Assembly (NCBI GenBank): GCA_937625935.1
Contig: OW569345.1
Location: forward strand, 248,001-312,000
Reading direction: 5' to 3'
Source: Tetramitus jugosus
Taxonomy: Eukaryota; Protista; Heterolobosea
DNA length: 64,000 nucleotides
Part shown: one piece after another, positions 33,495-43,764 of the stretch
Numbering within the stretch: the stretch's first letter is position 1
Layout of the letters: each line of letters opens with the position of its first letter
Translations under genes and position numbers: made by a program
Notes under the pieces: generated by a model
What the model was told of the DNA's origin: nothing
Databases searched by the model: none
The model's input: only the letters and a program-made list of their open reading frames with translations

Positions 33495-33714
33495 GATTGC
33501 TCAATAACAACAACACAATAATATAATACTTCTTTTGGTGTGTGCTATCACAGTGCGCACAAACAATACCTGACCTTGTTTCTGTGTTCGTTGTTTTGTT
33601 GTCCCTTCTCGCTTCAAATCGGAAACATGGAGATTTTTCATTCCCCGAGAAAAACGCTTTGCTACGGAATAAAAATAGCGTGATTCCTGGAAGAATCGAG
33701 AGCTCATGATGCGT

Positions 33715-35874
33715 TTATGTGTCCTTGGACTTTTTTACATAGTTTGGATCTCTGAGGTCAATGGTCGTGGACAAATACATGATACTCACAAGAATCAACA
33801 GACCAATAACGAGAACTGAGATAATGGAGACACCAGTGCGGCTGCGAGCTCTAAAAGCATACATGCCCTTGCGTGTCGTAATGATAAGGTCGTTCATTCC
33901 ATCTCCATTCACATCATAGTTCACCAATACTGGCTCTATGGTCGGTTCTGGCAATGGAATCACTTGTTGAATCGCTCCATGGAGATCGAGTACTGTGATG
34001 AACGATTCGCCAACAGTCAGGATATACTTGTGCTGTTGATTCTTACGAAGCGCATAAGGCTTTGTTTCAGCAAAGTACCACTCATCACTCTTCTCGTGCC
34101 TCTTGTTGAACTTGGATGGAGTCATTGATTGCCACTTGATCTTATAGTTCTCGTTCGTGTCCGGAGTCACAACCGTAACGAGTCCTGATTCGACAAAGAA
34201 CACCGCTTCGCGTTTCACCTTACTACCAGAGTAGAATTCGACCACGGAGGGAGCAACACTTTCATATTGCTCGTCCTCACTCATCAATTCATTGGAGGGT
34301 TCTGATTCTAATAAGCCAAGATAAAACTGTTGAATTCCACCGTTTCTTAACTTGCAAATATTGGCCTGGAACACTGGCTCTACAAGAGAAGGTACCCCAG
34401 TTTGAATAGTTCCTAGGCATCCATTCTCTTCAATCTCCTCCAATACTCCATCACCGTTCAAATCAGCAAATGCTGCATCTTCATGCAGAGAAGCCAATTG
34501 GCACAGAGTTCGTCCCGTGTACAAATGAATCACTTCTATTCCCTTGGACAAATGTGCGACAAGAACATTTGGCGCGCTGATTGATGACTTTTTGACTGAT
34601 GTGCTAGTAGCTGCAATTTTCATTGCTTCCTTAATCTTCTTACCGAATGTGCCATAATACTTTTCAGTGTTTCTGATAATGGGCTCGAACAACCTCTTTG
34701 ATGACGTTGCATTAAAGTGCTCAATCGAAAATGATGTATCGTGATCATGCCTAAAAATGTGTGGCATCTGTCTGATCATATCACTCCGATAAGCACTCCA
34801 AGAAACTTCTCCAGAGTGCTCCAAATGGTGCATAGCATCCAATTTATGATTGTGTTGCGAGTGTAGCGTTTCATCTTCGTGGTGATAGTGGAAATCTTGA
34901 GACTCGTGCTTCCATCTCATTTGTCCATCATTGGCACTGAATGCATAATAAGAATAATGCTCTGCCAACTCTCTCACATCTTGTTCCTCACTGACTCTTG
35001 CATCATAACTAGCCATAAATCTCTCATCATAGAAACGATGTCTCAAACCAATGACAACCATTCCCTTGTCATTCTTTTGAACGCGATAAGGTGTCACTGA
35101 AATTACCACTTCACTCGGATATCCCAACGATTGTCGCTCAGTGTTCAAATCCACGTTCCACAAGTGCTTCAATTCATGATCCAAACACAGTACTCGCCAA
35201 TTCGAGAGCACTAGAATCACAATTTGTTTTCGGTCCAACTTGTCTCTTGGATGATCAATGAAACCGACCCCCAGTCCCACAATATGAGGAACAAATTTTT
35301 TGTTCTTTTCAATGACATCTTCACTCTCCTTATTCTTGCTATTCTTGTCGTCCTTCTTGCTCTTCTTGTTCTTGTCATTTGTGGTCTCAGTTGAAGACGA
35401 TATCCACTTGCTCAAATCAAACAATCGATCACCACCAACTACGGGACTCTGAGATGATTGATCACCATTCCATGAGAGCACAGTAAAGAATTTTGGATGG
35501 ATCACAGAAGAGGATTGAGCCAAAATCTTTAACCGAATCAACTTTAATTGACTTGACTGTTGATTTTCCACTCTGTCCGAAACTGTCAACATTTCCTGAT
35601 ATCCATCTTGATCCAAATCAGTAATGATTGGTTTTGGTGGTGGAGACAGAGAATTCATCTGTTGTTGTTGTTGTTGTTGAGATGGAGGTGATAAATTTCG
35701 ATTCATTCTTCGCATTTCATTCGTGCGATGGTGATTGTTGTTGTTGATTCGATGTGAAGATGCAACTTGTTCGAAAAAGAATGATTTTTCAAAAGAAATG
35801 GAACCCTCTTGAACCAGGGTGTACAACAGGAAGAGACAAATGATGGCAAATAAAACAAAGTCTCTTCTTCTCAT
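33715..35874 (-). CDS. FG-GAP repeat membrane protein (At3g51050/NERD1-like)
   Basis: N-terminus MRRRDFVLF..LVQEG; DLDQDG, DLNGDG and DVNGDG Ca-binding repeats; GIEVIHLYTGRTLCQL; C-terminal TM. Confidence 0.8.
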   Translation of the reverse strand: MRRRDFVLFAIICLFLLYTLVQEGSISFEKSFFFEQVASSHRINNNNHHRTNEMRRMNRNLSPPSQQQQQQQMNSLSPPPKPIITDLDQDGYQEMLTVSDRVENQQSSQLKLIRLKILAQSSSVIHPKFFTVLSWNGDQSSQSPVVGGDRLFDLSKWISSSTETTNDKNKKSKKDDKNSKNKESEDVIEKNKKFVPHIVGLGVGFIDHPRDKLDRKQIVILVLSNWRVLCLDHELKHLWNVDLNTERQSLGYPSEVVISVTPYRVQKNDKGMVVIGLRHRFYDERFMASYDARVSEEQDVRELAEHYSYYAFSANDGQMRWKHESQDFHYHHEDETLHSQHNHKLDAMHHLEHSGEVSWSAYRSDMIRQMPHIFRHDHDTSFSIEHFNATSSKRLFEPIIRNTEKYYGTFGKKIKEAMKIAATSTSVKKSSISAPNVLVAHLSKGIEVIHLYTGRTLCQLASLHEDAAFADLNGDGVLEEIEENGCLGTIQTGVPSLVEPVFQANICKLRNGGIQQFYLGLLESEPSNELMSEDEQYESVAPSVVEFYSGSKVKREAVFFVESGLVTVVTPDTNENYKIKWQSMTPSKFNKRHEKSDEWYFAETKPYALRKNQQHKYILTVGESFITVLDLHGAIQQVIPLPEPTIEPVLVNYDVNGDGMNDLIITTRKGMYAFRARSRTGVSIISVLVIGLLILVSIMYLSTTIDLRDPNYVKKSKDT

Positions 35875-36148
35875 TGTGTTGGATTGGTGTTGTTGTTGAT
35901 TGTTTTGTTTGATGGGAGCTTTTTGATCGATTCAATCTGTTTTTTTTTCTCGATGTTGGCGCGGCAGAGAAAAGCTTTTCGGAGAGAGGCGATTGGGGCT
36001 TTTTCGAAAGCATCGCACTGATCCAACAGTGCGTGTGTTGGTTTATATGAATAAATTAATGAATGGGATATGGTCATCTAGAGGTGTGGTTGTTTCAAGG
36101 GTGGTACAGGATGGAGTTGGTGTATATATATATATATATACCAGGGGT

Positions 36149-37838
36149 TTATCGTCGTGCTTCATATTCCAAGCTTCTCAAAATCTCGTCCAATTCCTTC
36201 TCTTCCGGTGCCTTGTGATAATTGTTGCATGGACCAGGGATCAATGACAATACAGTCAACACAAATCCAATAAAGATGAATCCGAACAGCACATAGTGCA
36301 CATAAATATAGAAATACTTGATGTAGATCATGTTGGCCACAAACACATTGAAGAACAAGTCAATCGACGTGTACTTGATGTAGTCTGCGAATGCATTGGC
36401 ACTGAACTGAACAATGGTGATACTGGAGAGGAGCATGAGTCCAGTGTTGTACAGGAAACTGCTTGTTGCTGTGTCTCTGTACTTCAATGGGAAGACTGCC
36501 ACCAATGGGATACGACTCATAATTCTCACATTACCTGCCAACACTGCAAACAGCAAGTAGTAGGTGAAGATGAGGTAGGCAATCAAACCAAACAATGGGA
36601 ATCCCATATCGAACCACTCAAAGAATTGATTGAGCATTGGCCAAATTGGTGGACGAGGAACCATGTAGATAATCATGTGAACAATCCACAAAACTGTCAA
36701 TATAGCACTGACGATACCCAGAACGAATGCAAAGATGTAAACAAACGGATTTCCACCACCTTGCTTGTATGCAATCTCAACCTTCTTGTACTCTTCTTCG
36801 CACTGATACACAGCCTTCTTAAACTTTTGATATTTGGAAACGTTCTTTCTCGTAGTTCTGCCCTTGAGTGTCTTTCTCGAATCGTTGATCAATTGACCGA
36901 CCTTGATGAGTTTTTCTGCTCTCGAGGCAAACAATCTCTGCGCAATTTGGAAGTCTCTCTGTGACAGTGGCTTTGGCTTCTTCAAGAAACAAAAGATGAG
37001 TTCGAGTGGCAACGCTGTCATTCCACATCCACCAAACACAATAAAGATGAGCCATCCAGCAATCGACAGCATGGCCGTAATGTAGACCACAAATGACATT
37101 CTCACATTGAGCAACGACTTTTTGAGCACAGTGTTCAATCCGACACCTGCCGTTATATTCTTGTTGACATCGTAGAACGTGTCTCCGAATGCAGCTTGAT
37201 TGTGCACTTCGACACTCAACTCAGCATAGCCCAACCAAATGTAACTAATGATGATGGCCAATGCAGCAATCACAAAACAGACAAGAGAAGCAACGACACC
37301 GTGACAAATTTGAGACAAGAGTCCCTTCATGCCACTCTTGTCCGTATTGTGTGACTCATAGTACCAAAAGGCAAACGGAATGACAAGAATGACGTAGAAT
37401 GCGATACAGGCGAACAGAATTTGCCAAATGTAGGGTGTAGCAACCGATAGGCCACCACCCAACAATGCCCACTTGTCAAATGGCAATACTAGTATAATTG
37501 TAAATGATATTGTCATGCCCAGTACCTGTAACATTGATGATTGTTTGTCAATTGATGCATGTCATTGTTGTTGTTGTTGTGTGATGAAATTCATCAAGAT
37601 GTATGTGTGTGTGTGAGAACAAGACGCTCTGATCAACAATTGAACAGAAAAAAAAAATGGACAAAAGTTTCACAAAACACAACACACGTACCACGATAGC
37701 TTTTGAGAATATCGAATTAAAATAGTCCATGGGTGAACTGAACAATTGTATGAATATAATGGAGAAGAATCCTACGACAAATGGGATCACTGCCATTAGA
37801 ATGACCAAGAAATAATCGAGAACTGAAAATTTGGCCAT
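36149..37838 (-). CDS. LMBR1-like multipass membrane protein, 2 exons
   Basis: ILVLPFD, IPFAFWYYE, FGGCGMTALP, SSFLYNTGL; intron 37526-37691 (GTACGT...CAG). Confidence 0.85.
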
Positions 37839-38228
37839 CTTATTGTGAGTGTGTTGTTGTTGTTGTTAGTGTGTGCGGTTCTAGATGTATCTTCTTCTTG
37901 TTGTTGATGTTTGGTTGTTTGAGTTTTTCCACACTGTGAGCTTTTCAGCTGTTGTTGATGACGTTGTTGTTCGTTGTGTTGTTTTTGTTTGATTGTCCTT
38001 GGAGGGATAAAAATGATTTGATCAAACGTTCTATTCGGCACTCAGGGCTGACTCTTCCTCAAAAAAAGATCGACTTTTGTTCCTTTGCGCTCTCTTCTGA
38101 GACCAATTTTTGGCTCGCGTATTTTTCTAAACCAACGTTCCATTTTTTTTGACGTTTGAACATTCCATGACAATTTACAACGAACTGCCAGATTCCAGCG
38201 GAGTAACTACACACAACAAGATATTTGC

Positions 38229-39686
38229 TCATAGAGAGGATTGTATTGCGGGAGTATCGCACCTTTCGGACAGGTATTGCTCCAAGATACGCCATCGAAT
38301 ACTCTTCTGTGCTTTCCGTCTAATACGGTTCTGGAATCTGGAGGAGGCAGCAGCCTTGAATTTGTTTCTAAAGACAAGATGCCATCCCACTCGAGGACCA
38401 GCACTGTACTCTCGGGACAATTCCAATATCTCCTGGTCAGTTAATCGAAACAGAAATGGCTTGACGTTTCTTTGTGGAAAACATCCGAGATATTCGAGGT
38501 ACAGTTGTGCATGTTTTAGTGCTCGCTTTGTCTGTAGCAATCGTACGACACCAGCTAGTACGATGAATGATAGCGGAAATTTTGTCAAGATGGATATCCA
38601 ACGAGGAAACCTTGGCAAATCGCTGGCAATGCTAAACATTGCAAATATTGTGAAAAGAATCGAGTCTGTTGGTCGCTGTGTAATGGGTGCCAAAACTCTT
38701 CGTAACAAGCTATCAGATGTGCTGTAGGCGAATTCTTCTTCGAACTGTACTGAATTTAGATTCATTCTTGCTGAATGTATCAGTTCGTGAATGATCAACT
38801 CACTTCGATTCAGTGTTCCATATCGTTTCCTGGTTCGTAGTGATGGATGCAACTGGACAAATGTTAAATTATGATCATAGGTTTCATAGCTAACTCCTCC
38901 TGCGAACAATGGAAGATGTTTGTTGGAGTAGAATCCAGGCACCCAATCCACTTGTACATCAAACAAAGAATGTAACGTGTTTTGGATGATGGGATCCAAA
39001 AAGTGGTTAAACGGAATTTGTTCCTGCTTCTCGTACCCAAATATTTGATTTTTCTCTTCTTCAGTAACAAATGGATTCTTCATTAGAATAGACTCAACCA
39101 ACAGCAGATTTCGATAGTGTTGGATAATGCGTTCATGGTACTCTTCAATCGAATCATCTTCACCTTGTGGATCACTGGAATTCATCAAGTGACCTCTCCG
39201 GTTCAAATAAAGGTAATCTTCGAGAGTCAAACGATATGATTTTGCATTTCTGGACAACAAGGAATGCACAATAGATGCCATACGTCCATTATCTCGACGC
39301 ATACATTGCACAAAATGACTCTGATCCACCATTTGTTCCACTGCATGAACATTCTGCTGAGATTGTTGCTCAGCATTGGTGTTCCTCTGTAACAACAATT
39401 GTTGGATCAGATGAGGCTTGATCACTGTGTGAAAGTAGTGGATTCTAGCTATTGAATGCCTACAATCAACCTCATTGTGCATTGCAGAAACAACAGACTC
39501 CATACTCAACCAAAACTCTGAGGCATTTTGTGGCTTTGATGGCAGAAGAAGATCTTGAAGCAAATGGTTTGTCTCGGCAAAAATTTGCAGCACTTGAAGG
39601 CAATGAAACAAGAAAGTCGGGCTTGAACAAATTTGGGTCGTTTTGTAAGCCGGGTCTACTCCTTGATTCCGCTGCACGTACTTCAT
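38229..39686 (-). CDS. Hypothetical protein with HExxH zincin-like motif and C-terminal membrane segments
   Basis: IIHELIHSAR...FEEEFAY followed by two hydrophobic segments; start codon uncertain. Confidence 0.7.
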   Translation of the reverse strand: MKYVQRNQGVDPAYKTTQICSSPTFLFHCLQVLQIFAETNHLLQDLLLPSKPQNASEFWLSMESVVSAMHNEVDCRHSIARIHYFHTVIKPHLIQQLLLQRNTNAEQQSQQNVHAVEQMVDQSHFVQCMRRDNGRMASIVHSLLSRNAKSYRLTLEDYLYLNRRGHLMNSSDPQGEDDSIEEYHERIIQHYRNLLLVESILMKNPFVTEEEKNQIFGYEKQEQIPFNHFLDPIIQNTLHSLFDVQVDWVPGFYSNKHLPLFAGGVSYETYDHNLTFVQLHPSLRTRKRYGTLNRSELIIHELIHSARMNLNSVQFEEEFAYSTSDSLLRRVLAPITQRPTDSILFTIFAMFSIASDLPRFPRWISILTKFPLSFIVLAGVVRLLQTKRALKHAQLYLEYLGCFPQRNVKPFLFRLTDQEILELSREYSAGPRVGWHLVFRNKFKAAASSRFQNRIRRKAQKSIRWRILEQYLSERCDTPAIQSSL

Positions 39687-39793
39687 CTCTTTTTTTGAGA
39701 TCAAAATTGAACTCTCGATCACAAAAGAAGCTTCAATTCAAGAATTTACTGGACGGTCAAACTCTAAAAGTTCCAGGAAGCATAAAAAACAAA

Positions 39794-40393
39794 ATGACAT
39801 CCGAGAACCAACCAACAGCTGCAACAACCATGGAGTTGATTGAAATCGAAGGAGATTTGTTCTCTTCGTCCGATTCTCTGTGTCATTGTGTGAGTGAGGA
39901 TCTGAGCATGAGCAAGGGCATTGCTTTGCTTTTCAAGAACAAGTATGGAAAAGTGGAGGAGCTAAGAAGGCAAGGTGCTCAACCAGGTGGCTTAGCTGTT
40001 CTGAAGCTTCCATCAATGAGAGATACAGATGATGATGGTCATGCCACCAAGGACAAGGATAACAACAGGTTCGCTTACTACCTGGTAACCAAGACAAGGT
40101 ACTACCTGAAGCCCACGTATCAAACATTGGAGTCAAGTCTAACACTGATGAAGAATCACATGGTTGCCAACGATGTTCATCGATTGAGCATGCCTTTGAT
40201 CGGATGTGGATTAGATCGATTACAGTGGGATCGAGTCAAGAACATTATTAATCAGGTGTTCAATGGATTGGATATCAAGATTACAGTGTACAAATTGCCT
40301 GCTTCTGATGCTGGCACATCTACAAGAGGTCGTTCCAGAGGTGGAAACAAACAAAGAGGAAGCAGAGGTGGCAATAAAAGAGGTCCCTATTAG
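39794..40393 (+). CDS. OARD1: ADP-ribose glycohydrolase OARD1/TARG1-type macrodomain
   Basis: GDLF..SLCHCVSEDLSMSKGIALLFK, YYLVTK..KPTY, MPLIGCGLDRLQW. Confidence 0.9.
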   Translation: MTSENQPTAATTMELIEIEGDLFSSSDSLCHCVSEDLSMSKGIALLFKNKYGKVEELRRQGAQPGGLAVLKLPSMRDTDDDGHATKDKDNNRFAYYLVTKTRYYLKPTYQTLESSLTLMKNHMVANDVHRLSMPLIGCGLDRLQWDRVKNIINQVFNGLDIKITVYKLPASDAGTSTRGRSRGGNKQRGSRGGNKRGPY

Positions 40394-40416
40394 ACTATCA
40401 TTTCAATTTATGTTCT

Positions 40417-41892
40417 TTATTTATGTGTTACTATGGTGATGTCACTGAATTCCATGAAGCGTTGTTCCAGTGGACCCTCACAAAAGATGGGACTTGATTT
40501 CGTTGTATAACCAGTTAGAATAGCCGTAAACATGCATCCAGGTTGAATGCAGAGGAATGGATGACCGTCTCTTTTGAAAGGTATCAGATCGAATTTGTAC
40601 CGATCAATATTGTCTGTCAATCCCAGTTGAAAATAACCATTGAAGCCAGCACCATAGATTTGACCACTGTTCGTTTCCAATATTGTTCCATGTCCGGATG
40701 ATGTCGTGTGCACGTGCAGAATATCGGAAACATCGGTTTGTACCTTGACAAACTTTGTGAACGGATCATCTGGAGACATACTAGCACCCACAAAGCCAAA
40801 TTCACCATGAACGTTCTCACCCATTCCATACAGTTCGTCATTCACAGTTAGGACACAGATAAACGTCGATCCGCAACTAATTTGTCGTACGGGACTATCA
40901 AATACAACATGATGCCACACTAGCTCTTGATGCGGTTGAATATAGGAACAATACATGTTGTTGCCCTGTTCTGTCAACACACAAACATGTCTGTTACCGC
41001 ATGACAATTGGGCAATATTTTGTTTGTGCAGTACCGAGTTTTCACAACGGTTGAGCAGTGACAATTGATGCCGTTCATCTTGTGGCGTCGTAAACCGACC
41101 ACATCCATACAATTCACACTGATTGACCAGAACAAACAAGCATTGATTGCCCATGGACACCAGTGTCACATTACCCAACAAGCATCCCACACGATAAAAG
41201 CTCGAATGATCATACATGACCATTCCATACTCACCACTGCACCAAACATTGCCCAATTGGTCCACAAGTGCACTACAAAACTTTCCACAAGCAATCCACT
41301 TGATCAAATGGTAATTAATTTTCCGATCTCGGAGCTTACAAAAAAAATTACGATCTTCAAAGTCCCTCAAACCCAATTGTCCTTCATAATTTCTTCCGCG
41401 AACATAAAGACCATGATTCCGAGTCTGACAAATCACATGCTCATCTCCACATGCAACAAACACTATATTTCCCTCCATTTCTTCACTCAGAGCAACCACA
41501 TCATTTGTGAATTGCTTAAATTTGAACAAGTGATCTCTTCCACCACTGAGAAAGAGTTGATTCGTGCCACAACAAGAACCATGATGATCATCCATCATGA
41601 TTTCTTCTGCTTCTAATGTGTTGTTCAATTTTGGTCGATTGCTGTTTTGTCGTTCATGCACTGGAAATGTTTGATGAACGTCGTTCATTGACGACATGTG
41701 ACGACTATGGTTACGGTGGTGATCGTTGCGGCACCTCAGAGGTCGAAAGAATTCAAAGGGTGGTTGATCAGAAGAAGAAGAAGAAGAATTGTTGTGGCGA
41801 TCGTGATCACGTCTTACATCACGATGACCGTGGTTCCTGCTACGTCGTTTGTTTTGTGCTGCGTCGATGTCCAAGTCGCTCCACCGGCCCAT
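40417..41892 (-). CDS. RCC1/BLIP-II repeat protein
   Basis: VACGDEH, GRNYEGQLG, SCGNRH, GENVHGEFG, GFNGYFQLG. Confidence 0.85.
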   Translation of the reverse strand: MGRWSDLDIDAAQNKRRSRNHGHRDVRRDHDRHNNSSSSSSDQPPFEFFRPLRCRNDHHRNHSRHMSSMNDVHQTFPVHERQNSNRPKLNNTLEAEEIMMDDHHGSCCGTNQLFLSGGRDHLFKFKQFTNDVVALSEEMEGNIVFVACGDEHVICQTRNHGLYVRGRNYEGQLGLRDFEDRNFFCKLRDRKINYHLIKWIACGKFCSALVDQLGNVWCSGEYGMVMYDHSSFYRVGCLLGNVTLVSMGNQCLFVLVNQCELYGCGRFTTPQDERHQLSLLNRCENSVLHKQNIAQLSCGNRHVCVLTEQGNNMYCSYIQPHQELVWHHVVFDSPVRQISCGSTFICVLTVNDELYGMGENVHGEFGFVGASMSPDDPFTKFVKVQTDVSDILHVHTTSSGHGTILETNSGQIYGAGFNGYFQLGLTDNIDRYKFDLIPFKRDGHPFLCIQPGCMFTAILTGYTTKSSPIFCEGPLEQRFMEFSDITIVTHK

Positions 41893-41937
41893 ATCTTCGG
41901 TCAAGTTTGATTTTGCTTGGTGTATTGGCACAAAAGA

Positions 41938-42034
41938 AGCCTCTAGCGGGATTCGAACCCGCGACCCCCGGTTTACTCAATCCCAACATTGGGCGGGTAG
42001 GAGACCGATAGTCTATCCTCTGACCTATAGAGGC
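41938..42034 (-). tRNA. tRNA-Arg(CCT) with 24-nt intron (41974-41997)
   Basis: Acceptor GCCTCTA/TAGAGGC; anticodon arm TCGGT-CTCCTA^A-ACCGG; T-arm GCGGG-TTCGAAT-CCCGC; intron at canonical 37/38; downstream TTCTTTT. Confidence 0.92.
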
Positions 42035-42165
42035 TTATGTATTTTTAGACAATGGTAAATAGTATTGACAAATTTTTTGGTTTTGTTTTTTGTGTTGGTT
42101 TTTAACAAGTTTAGCTTGTGAGTACCTGGTAGAGGAAAAGAAGTCGAACTTTGGGGCCATAGGGA

Positions 42166-43647
42166 TTATTCGAAAACAAAATCGACATCACTCAGCGTGG
42201 AATGAGACACCAACTTTCTCAAATTCATCACAAAGTAATTCAAGCTCGATTTCTTTGTTGATTTCAACAAAAGCAAGATAAGGCGATACCCCGAGGCATA
42301 ACTGGCCACTTGGTAGTGAGGATTCTCGAGCATTTGACAACTGTTCAAATCTGCTTGTTGTTCTACCAGACGCCGACACTTTCCACTCAACTCAAGATTG
42401 AACAAGCGCCCAGTAAGTGTGTTGATAACATGAAATCCATGAGCGGTGGCAGTAACGACGGGATTGGTTATTGTTGAAGCATCCAAAAGGGGTGAAGTTC
42501 GGCTCATGTCCTGCAGATCTGACAACGTGAAGACTCGCTTCATTGAGTCCAAAAAAACAGCAGTAGAGAACGAGCACGAAAAGTCCTTGATGTGAGCAGT
42601 TCCTTTTCGTTCACCCAAATCCAACTTTGTAAAGCCATTCTTTGTTAAAGGAAAAGCTGATTCGACCTTTCCAGCCACATACACGTCAAATTGTGATGTC
42701 AGTACAATCGTAAATCGAGTTCCACCATCGATCTGGGTCAAGCGACAGAAATTAAAGGGCATCAGAGTGTCTGATGATTCCGTAACTACTTGTGCCTCCA
42801 CTGCGTGATTCTCATAATTAGTTCTACTGACTCCCAATTGACCAAATCTGTTAGATCCGAGAGCATACACCTGACCTCCACTCTGGGAGGAGTCGCGCTG
42901 GAAAACAAGGTGTTCATTGCCAACTCCAAAAACGGAAATAACTCCATTTGTTTGTCTGAGTACTGGTTCAAGCGTCATCTGGTAATTTGATCCGAAACGT
43001 CCCACGGTGTACAATTCATCGTCAGTCGTAATAAAAGCTGAAAACCAACCAGCACAGGCAATATCCTTGATTCGAATATTGCGTTCCACAAACCACAGCA
43101 TCAGAGTTGGCAACGAAACATCACTTCTCTGCAATTTATGATTCCTATCGTAATTCATCACTTGACCATCTTTGTTATGCCCCATACCATAAACAAAACC
43201 ATCCTCTGTCAAAAACAAGCAATGAATACTGCCAGCTGCAACCTTTTTGATTCGAACATTGGATAGCTCGTGATTCAATATCAAGTGATCCAACACGTAT
43301 GGTATTTGAAGAGTGGAGAACCATGGACAATGTTTTTCAATCTCATGTATATCCATACTCGATTGAGCCCACCGCTGAGCCTTGGGACAATTCGGTCTCA
43401 CACCAAGAATCTGGAGCACACTCACTTGCTGAGGGTCGAATATTTCATCTTTTTCATCATTACCCTCAACCCAGAGTTCATTGTGTATCGATCTGGTGGA
43501 ATGATCGCCGCATCCCAATACCACACTATCTTGATCCGAGATTGTGCATTGTGGTGTCGTCTGGTTATATTGGAATTGATGTCTGCTTGGATTATGATAA
43601 ATTATGTGGCTGTCAGTGGATACATTGGCAAGTTCCAGTTTGTCCAT
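42166..43647 (-). CDS. RCC1/BLIP-II repeat protein
   Basis: VAAGSIHCLFLTEDGFVYGMGHNKDGQ, IACAGWFS, LGSNRFGQLG. Confidence 0.85.
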   Translation of the reverse strand: MDKLELANVSTDSHIIYHNPSRHQFQYNQTTPQCTISDQDSVVLGCGDHSTRSIHNELWVEGNDEKDEIFDPQQVSVLQILGVRPNCPKAQRWAQSSMDIHEIEKHCPWFSTLQIPYVLDHLILNHELSNVRIKKVAAGSIHCLFLTEDGFVYGMGHNKDGQVMNYDRNHKLQRSDVSLPTLMLWFVERNIRIKDIACAGWFSAFITTDDELYTVGRFGSNYQMTLEPVLRQTNGVISVFGVGNEHLVFQRDSSQSGGQVYALGSNRFGQLGVSRTNYENHAVEAQVVTESSDTLMPFNFCRLTQIDGGTRFTIVLTSQFDVYVAGKVESAFPLTKNGFTKLDLGERKGTAHIKDFSCSFSTAVFLDSMKRVFTLSDLQDMSRTSPLLDASTITNPVVTATAHGFHVINTLTGRLFNLELSGKCRRLVEQQADLNSCQMLENPHYQVASYASGYRLILLLLKSTKKSSLNYFVMNLRKLVSHSTLSDVDFVFE

Positions 43648-43764
43648 TCTGACGTCTCCGTTTTTTTTGTTCGCATGAGATCAAGAGTTTTTACACTCCA
43701 CCAAAGAACTCAACAACCAGAACAAAAGAAAAACGAGTCTAAAACCGAGAGTCAAGAGAGTGGA

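Noticed and set aside
39452-39793. Extended OARD1 N-terminus overlapping the HExxH gene
   Set aside because: Non-ATG start; homology begins after ATG 39794.
43270-43764. Long overlapping antisense extension of ORF 43270
   Set aside because: It overlaps the RCC1 gene on the other strand; non-ATG start and no coding signal.
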